A DNA stretch of 32,000 nucleotides, from positions 270,001-302,000 of the forward strand of contig JAUWGH010000002.1 in NCBI GenBank assembly GCA_030606485.1, given 5' to 3'. The translations under genes and the position numbers were made by a program. The stretch comes from Promethearchaeota archaeon. Its GTDB lineage: Archaea; Asgardarchaeota; Lokiarchaeia; Sigyniarchaeales; SOKP01. Under the pieces are notes generated by a model that worked only from the letters and a program-made list of their open reading frames with translations, made no database searches and was not told the DNA's origin. Positions within the stretch are counted from its first letter, which is position 1. Every line of letters begins with the position of its first letter. This document shows, in pieces, positions 27,607-32,000 of the stretch.

Positions 27607-30600
27607 GAAATATTAAAAAATTCATATTAACTTTCTTGTTCATATTTTTTTTCCTACTTTCTACATTCAATCCGAACTTTTATACTTCAAGTATTAATGA
27701 ACAGCAAAATAGCACGGAAAGTAATAATTTAGAAATTCCAGTATTATCAAATAGCGAAGTTTTAGTAAATATCATTGTTTCCTTTAACAAAGAATCATTT
27801 AATCAAACTGTCATAAATAAATTTGAAGAATTAGGGGGAATTATAAAGGATGGGCCTTGGAATAAGACATTTTTAACAATTTCTGGATTCTCCGGGATTT
27901 TTCCATCAGAAAATTTAACATATTTTAAAAGCTACTATCCAGAAGCAAATATTGAATCTAATGAATTAATTGAAGTACAAATGAATTATGTAGTGGCTCA
28001 ATCCAATGCAATGAATAGTACTTGGAGTCTAAATGGATACACTGGGAATTCGAATTGTTCAACTGCAGTTTTAGATTCGGGAATTGATTCAAATAATACT
28101 TTTTTCCCAACAGGAATTAATCCAATAAATCTCACAGGAAATATCATAAGTTGGAAAGATTTCATACATGAATTGCCAAATCCGTATGATGACAACGGAC
28201 ATGGAACATTCATATCATCTATCATTGTAGGGACAGGAACTGAACCCTATAATTCTACAAACAAAATCAATATGACCTTTTCTGGTAATTATTCTCATAT
28301 GGATACGTTTGATGAGTATATGATTGGAAGTAACTTTACTTTTAAACTAGCTACTTTTAATGTATCAAAAGAAAATTCTCAGGTTTTTGTGAATTCGAGT
28401 TGGAAAGAAATTATAGCGGGAATTGATGAATTTTGGATCGAGCTACATAACGAAACCTCATTGGTAAATAAATCTAAAAATATTAAAAATGAAACATTTT
28501 ATCAAATTTATCATAATAATTCTTTGAGTGGTATTGGTTTATATGATATTTTTATAAAATATCACAAATTGAATTATGTAAAACCAGAATTTTCCTTAGA
28601 CCTGGAACTCTCTTTTTTTCCCGAATATTATATTGTAAATAAAACCCATTTTACAGGAATTGCAAATGCATCAAAAATTGTTAACTTTAAAATTGTAAAT
28701 GCAACTGGTTTTGGAAATGTGTCAAGTTTAATTTCTGCTATGGAAAATGTTTTTCTAAATAGATCTAAATTACATATAACCGCGATTTGCCTTAGTGTTG
28801 GAACTTTAGGCGATGAAGTGTCAACAATAAATGAAGTTATAAATGATATTATTGATAATGGAACTCTTGTTGTTATTGCAGCAGGAAATAATGGTTTAGA
28901 ACCAAATTCATTAAATAAATTAGCTTCCAATAAAAAAGCAATTGTAGTTGGAGCAATAAATGATAGAGATCAAATTACAACATATAGTAGCATTGGAAAA
29001 ATAATAGATGAAGATCAACCCAATGAGGTAATAAAACCTGATTTAGTGGCTCCTGGTGGCAGTAAAATAAAAGGGTATAGATCTATTGTTGGCACGAATT
29101 TAGAAAATGAAACATCTGCCTACTTTGGCACTTCTATTGCCACAGCGGTAGTTAGTGGAGCGATTCAATTATTAATTGAAGCGAAATGGAAAAATTGGAC
29201 ATCTTGGAACTCCTTAAATACTACTGAATTAGCAAAAATTGTTAAAGCAACATTATTAATGACTGCAACCGAAACACAATTAAATAGAGAAGAAGATCCT
29301 GAAACCGATGAAATAGAGAGTAACTATTCACCTAATACAAATTACGGTGGTAAAGATATTCATGAAGGATACGGACGATTGAATGTTGAGGCTGCAATCG
29401 ACGCATTGACAAAAAATATAAGCACAGGGATAATTAAATCTACCTTCAATTTAACATCATCAGAAATAAATCCTCTAGGAAAACATGTATATGCCAGAAA
29501 AATTACACTAGAACCGAAAAAACAGTATTTATTTAATTTAACGGTAGAACAATCTTCAGCCACTATTGATATGTATTTATACTCTAATGAAACTAACAAA
29601 TTTGGAGAACCTATATTATTTTCTTGTGCTTATGAAACTAGACCATTTTATACAAATTTACTTTACTTTTCTCCCAGAATGAATGAAACAAAATGCATTT
29701 TAGTAATCAAGGCTCTGAGTGGAAAGTCTAATTTTACTTTAAATATTAGTGAGGTTGAAAACAATTATTCTCCAAGTTTAAGCAACTGCTTTGTTGAAAG
29801 CACTAATCCTGATTGTAATTATACTTTAAATCGATATAATTTCTATGTTAATTATACAGATAATGATACTTCTAACTTTCCAGCTCAATTTGTATACTTA
29901 GAAATTAAAGAATTAAATCAAAACTTTACTATGAATAAAGATCCTAACGATTTTAATTTTACAAATGGAGTAGAGTATTCTATTACGAATTTTGAATTTA
30001 AAGAAATAAAACTTTATCATTTTATCTTCTGGGCAAGTGATGGATACAATATAACTCGATATCCTCTGGGGGGTAATCTCACTATTGAAGTAAAGCCTTT
30101 TTATGCTATTAATATCCCATATTACGAAAACTTTACGAGTATTACTCATAACTGGGCTGTAGAAGGTACTGGATGGAAAAGACTAGGACAAGAAAACTTC
30201 GATCTTATGGGTCAGCCTTTTGATGATAGAAATAGGATATTTCCTTCTAATGATTTTAATCCTGATTGGTATTGTTTTTATTATGGTAATACTAGCACAC
30301 CACTTACTCCTTATTCATATGAACCTTTAGAATTAAATGGAGATGGAATTAATAGTTCGTTAATAAGTCCAATAATAGATCTAACTGAAATAGATGAGAG
30401 CTATGATCTAATAGCTAAATTTGGCCTTAGAGTTAGTATAAATGCATTAGATTTCATATACCTACAAATTAATATCAATTGTTCTATGAATTGGGTGACA
30501 CTCAGAACCTACACAAATATGGAACGAGAATGGTTTATGGAAGAGATTGGTTTATCACCATACTTGAGTAATTATGTTCGTTTTAGATTTTATTCTGATC

Positions 30601-32000
30601 TTAATGAACAGAGAGATTTACAGAATTATAAGGGATTTATGGTAGATTATGTAGCAATTGAAAATTACTCCAATTATTATGATCCTCAAATAATAACTCA
30701 ATTTACCGAGATAGTATCTCCTGGAATTGATGAAGTCCAATATGAGTATGATATCTATACATTCTCAATTGATGTATATGATAATGATAATAATTATCCA
30801 GCCTATGTGTATGTTGAAATAAATGATAATAACTATACGATGAATAACATTTACGGAGATTGGAACATCTCATCAAATATTTCAATAGAAGACACAGGTA
30901 TTCGATTTGAAAAGGGATTATATATTGAAGACTTTGACGATTTGACATTTAGATTTCACGTATATGATGGGAATAATATTAATTCAACCGAATGGTATAA
31001 TACGGAAGAGAACCCCCTAATTGAATTTTCTAATCCAATACCTTATAATTACTCCTCGGATTTTGGGTACGAATTTAATGTTCAGTCTTTTGATGAGTTT
31101 TATATAACAGGCATTCCAGAACCGAGAGAATATACAATTTGGCTTTCAGCAGATGATACATGGCATTATATGAATTCCTCAATATATTGCGGAATTGGCC
31201 AAACGAATATAATAACTAGTGATAATGGATATGGAGAAAACTGGAATGCAAAATTAATAACTCACCCGCTGAATTTAGGAACAAAAAGTAAGAATTATAT
31301 TCAATTTTTTCAAAATATAACTTTAGAAAATGAGAACGCGACATTCTATGAGGGAAATGATTATGATCAATGCAATATTTCAATATCAACCGACTTCGGA
31401 GCAACTTGGCATGAATTAAATAAATATACCTATTTGAACAATAGTGAAGGTTATTATTATATTGATATCTCTAACTTCAATGGTGAGATTGTTATGGTTA
31501 AGTTTGAACTAGATTCAAATAATGAAACAAATCCATCCGGACTTGGATGGTTTATAAAAGATTTATTTATCGGTTATAGCGTCTTAATTGATTTTGTGAA
31601 TCCGATAAATGAAATTGTTGTAAATGGTGTTCAAATAATTAATATTTCTATATCTGAGAAGCATGGATATGATTTAACACAAATTAAATTATACATTAAT
31701 GATACATTAGTTAATGCTACCTATGAAAATGGAACATTGAATTTTGTTTGGGATACTTCATTATATTTAGATGGGGAATATATAATAGAAATTGTCGTAT
31801 ATGATAATTACGATAATAAGATAGATACTTCAATTGTTATAATAGTGGATAATATACCTATTTGGATTGATTGGCTTCCCTGGATAATTCTTATTGGTGT
31901 GTCGATAAGTTTATCAATAATTATAGGATTAATTACTGTTAAAAGAGGTAAAGTTTTGATTGATGGAATTAAAGCAAATCGCAGTGAAATAAAGAAAAGA
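27603..32000 (+). CDS. Giant membrane-anchored S8 (subtilisin-family) serine peptidase, 3'-partial (>1466 aa), absent from the ORF track
   Basis: ATG 27603 overlaps the previous stop (ATGA). Signal peptide; D158 (AVLDSGID, 28074), H200 (DDNGHGT, 28200), N429 (IAAGN, 28887), S511 (GTSIA, 29133). The same frame gives Ig-like, TM and tail sequence at 31620-32000. Confidence 0.92.
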   Translation, partial: MRNIKKFILTFLFIFFFLLSTFNPNFYTSSINEQQNSTESNNLEIPVLSNSEVLVNIIVSFNKESFNQTVINKFEELGGIIKDGPWNKTFLTISGFSGIFPSENLTYFKSYYPEANIESNELIEVQMNYVVAQSNAMNSTWSLNGYTGNSNCSTAVLDSGIDSNNTFFPTGINPINLTGNIISWKDFIHELPNPYDDNGHGTFISSIIVGTGTEPYNSTNKINMTFSGNYSHMDTFDEYMIGSNFTFKLATFNVSKENSQVFVNSSWKEIIAGIDEFWIELHNETSLVNKSKNIKNETFYQIYHNNSLSGIGLYDIFIKYHKLNYVKPEFSLDLELSFFPEYYIVNKTHFTGIANASKIVNFKIVNATGFGNVSSLISAMENVFLNRSKLHITAICLSVGTLGDEVSTINEVINDIIDNGTLVVIAAGNNGLEPNSLNKLASNKKAIVVGAINDRDQITTYSSIGKIIDEDQPNEVIKPDLVAPGGSKIKGYRSIVGTNLENETSAYFGTSIATAVVSGAIQLLIEAKWKNWTSWNSLNTTELAKIVKATLLMTATETQLNREEDPETDEIESNYSPNTNYGGKDIHEGYGRLNVEAAIDALTKNISTGIIKSTFNLTSSEINPLGKHVYARKITLEPKKQYLFNLTVEQSSATIDMYLYSNETNKFGEPILFSCAYETRPFYTNLLYFSPRMNETKCILVIKALSGKSNFTLNISEVENNYSPSLSNCFVESTNPDCNYTLNRYNFYVNYTDNDTSNFPAQFVYLEIKELNQNFTMNKDPNDFNFTNGVEYSITNFEFKEIKLYHFIFWASDGYNITRYPLGGNLTIEVKPFYAINIPYYENFTSITHNWAVEGTGWKRLGQENFDLMGQPFDDRNRIFPSNDFNPDWYCFYYGNTSTPLTPYSYEPLELNGDGINSSLISPIIDLTEIDESYDLIAKFGLRVSINALDFIYLQININCSMNWVTLRTYTNMEREWFMEEIGLSPYLSNYVRFRFYSDLNEQRDLQNYKGFMVDYVAIENYSNYYDPQIITQFTEIVSPGIDEVQYEYDIYTFSIDVYDNDNNYPAYVYVEINDNNYTMNNIYGDWNISSNISIEDTGIRFEKGLYIEDFDDLTFRFHVYDGNNINSTEWYNTEENPLIEFSNPIPYNYSSDFGYEFNVQSFDEFYITGIPEPREYTIWLSADDTWHYMNSSIYCGIGQTNIITSDNGYGENWNAKLITHPLNLGTKSKNYIQFFQNITLENENATFYEGNDYDQCNISISTDFGATWHELNKYTYLNNSEGYYYIDISNFNGEIVMVKFELDSNNETNPSGLGWFIKDLFIGYSVLIDFVNPINEIVVNGVQIINISISEKHGYDLTQIKLYINDTLVNATYENGTLNFVWDTSLYLDGEYIIEIVVYDNYDNKIDTSIVIIVDNIPIWIDWLPWIILIGVSISLSIIIGLITVKRGKVLIDGIKANRSEIKKR

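Noticed and set aside
19583-31404. ORF-track entries 19583-19795, 20264-20521, 25955-26140 and the seven minus-strand ORFs from 27998 to 31404
   Set aside because: Antisense or off-frame shadows of the ABC, surface-protein and subtilase genes.
1-32000. tRNA, rRNA, CRISPR arrays, IS elements, integrases
   Set aside because: No cloverleaf-like GC-rich segments, repeat-spacer arrays, or transposase/recombinase motifs seen by eye; tRNAscan-SE, Infernal and ISEScan runs would confirm.

Overview
Very AT-rich (~30% GC by eye) window. Gene style (tandem-Lrp regulator, CxxC/coiled-coil hypothetical, giant sequon-rich membrane-anchored proteins, TATA boxes, poly-T terminators) suggests an Asgard archaeon of the Lokiarchaeia type; this is inference, as no marker gene is present. 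Left part (1-17.3 kb): YkgJ-type Cys-cluster protein, MFS sugar transporter, NagB-like deaminase/isomerase, GH4 and GH3 glycosidases, tandem Lrp regulator, ADP-forming acyl-CoA ligase alpha subunit, and a PadR + heterodimeric ABC exporter whose second subunit has a ~220-aa Met/Pro-rich insertion in the NBD. Right part (19.6-32 kb): a MacB/LolD-FtsX-type ABC pair, a 1280-aa membrane-anchored Ig-repeat surface protein and a >1466-aa membrane-anchored subtilase that runs off the window and is missing from the ORF track. Three segments are each bracketed by direct repeats. (1) 61 bp around a GC-rich foreign membrane-protein gene. (2) 266 bp, the 3' end of the GH3 gene, around PadR-ABC-ABC, with a chimeric pseudogene scar. 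(3) 275 bp, the 3' end of a CxxC gene, around a 1.1-kb mini-element with three tightly packed tiny ORFs (two RHH-like) and repeat arrays at both ends. No integrase, transposase, tRNA, rRNA or CRISPR array was seen.
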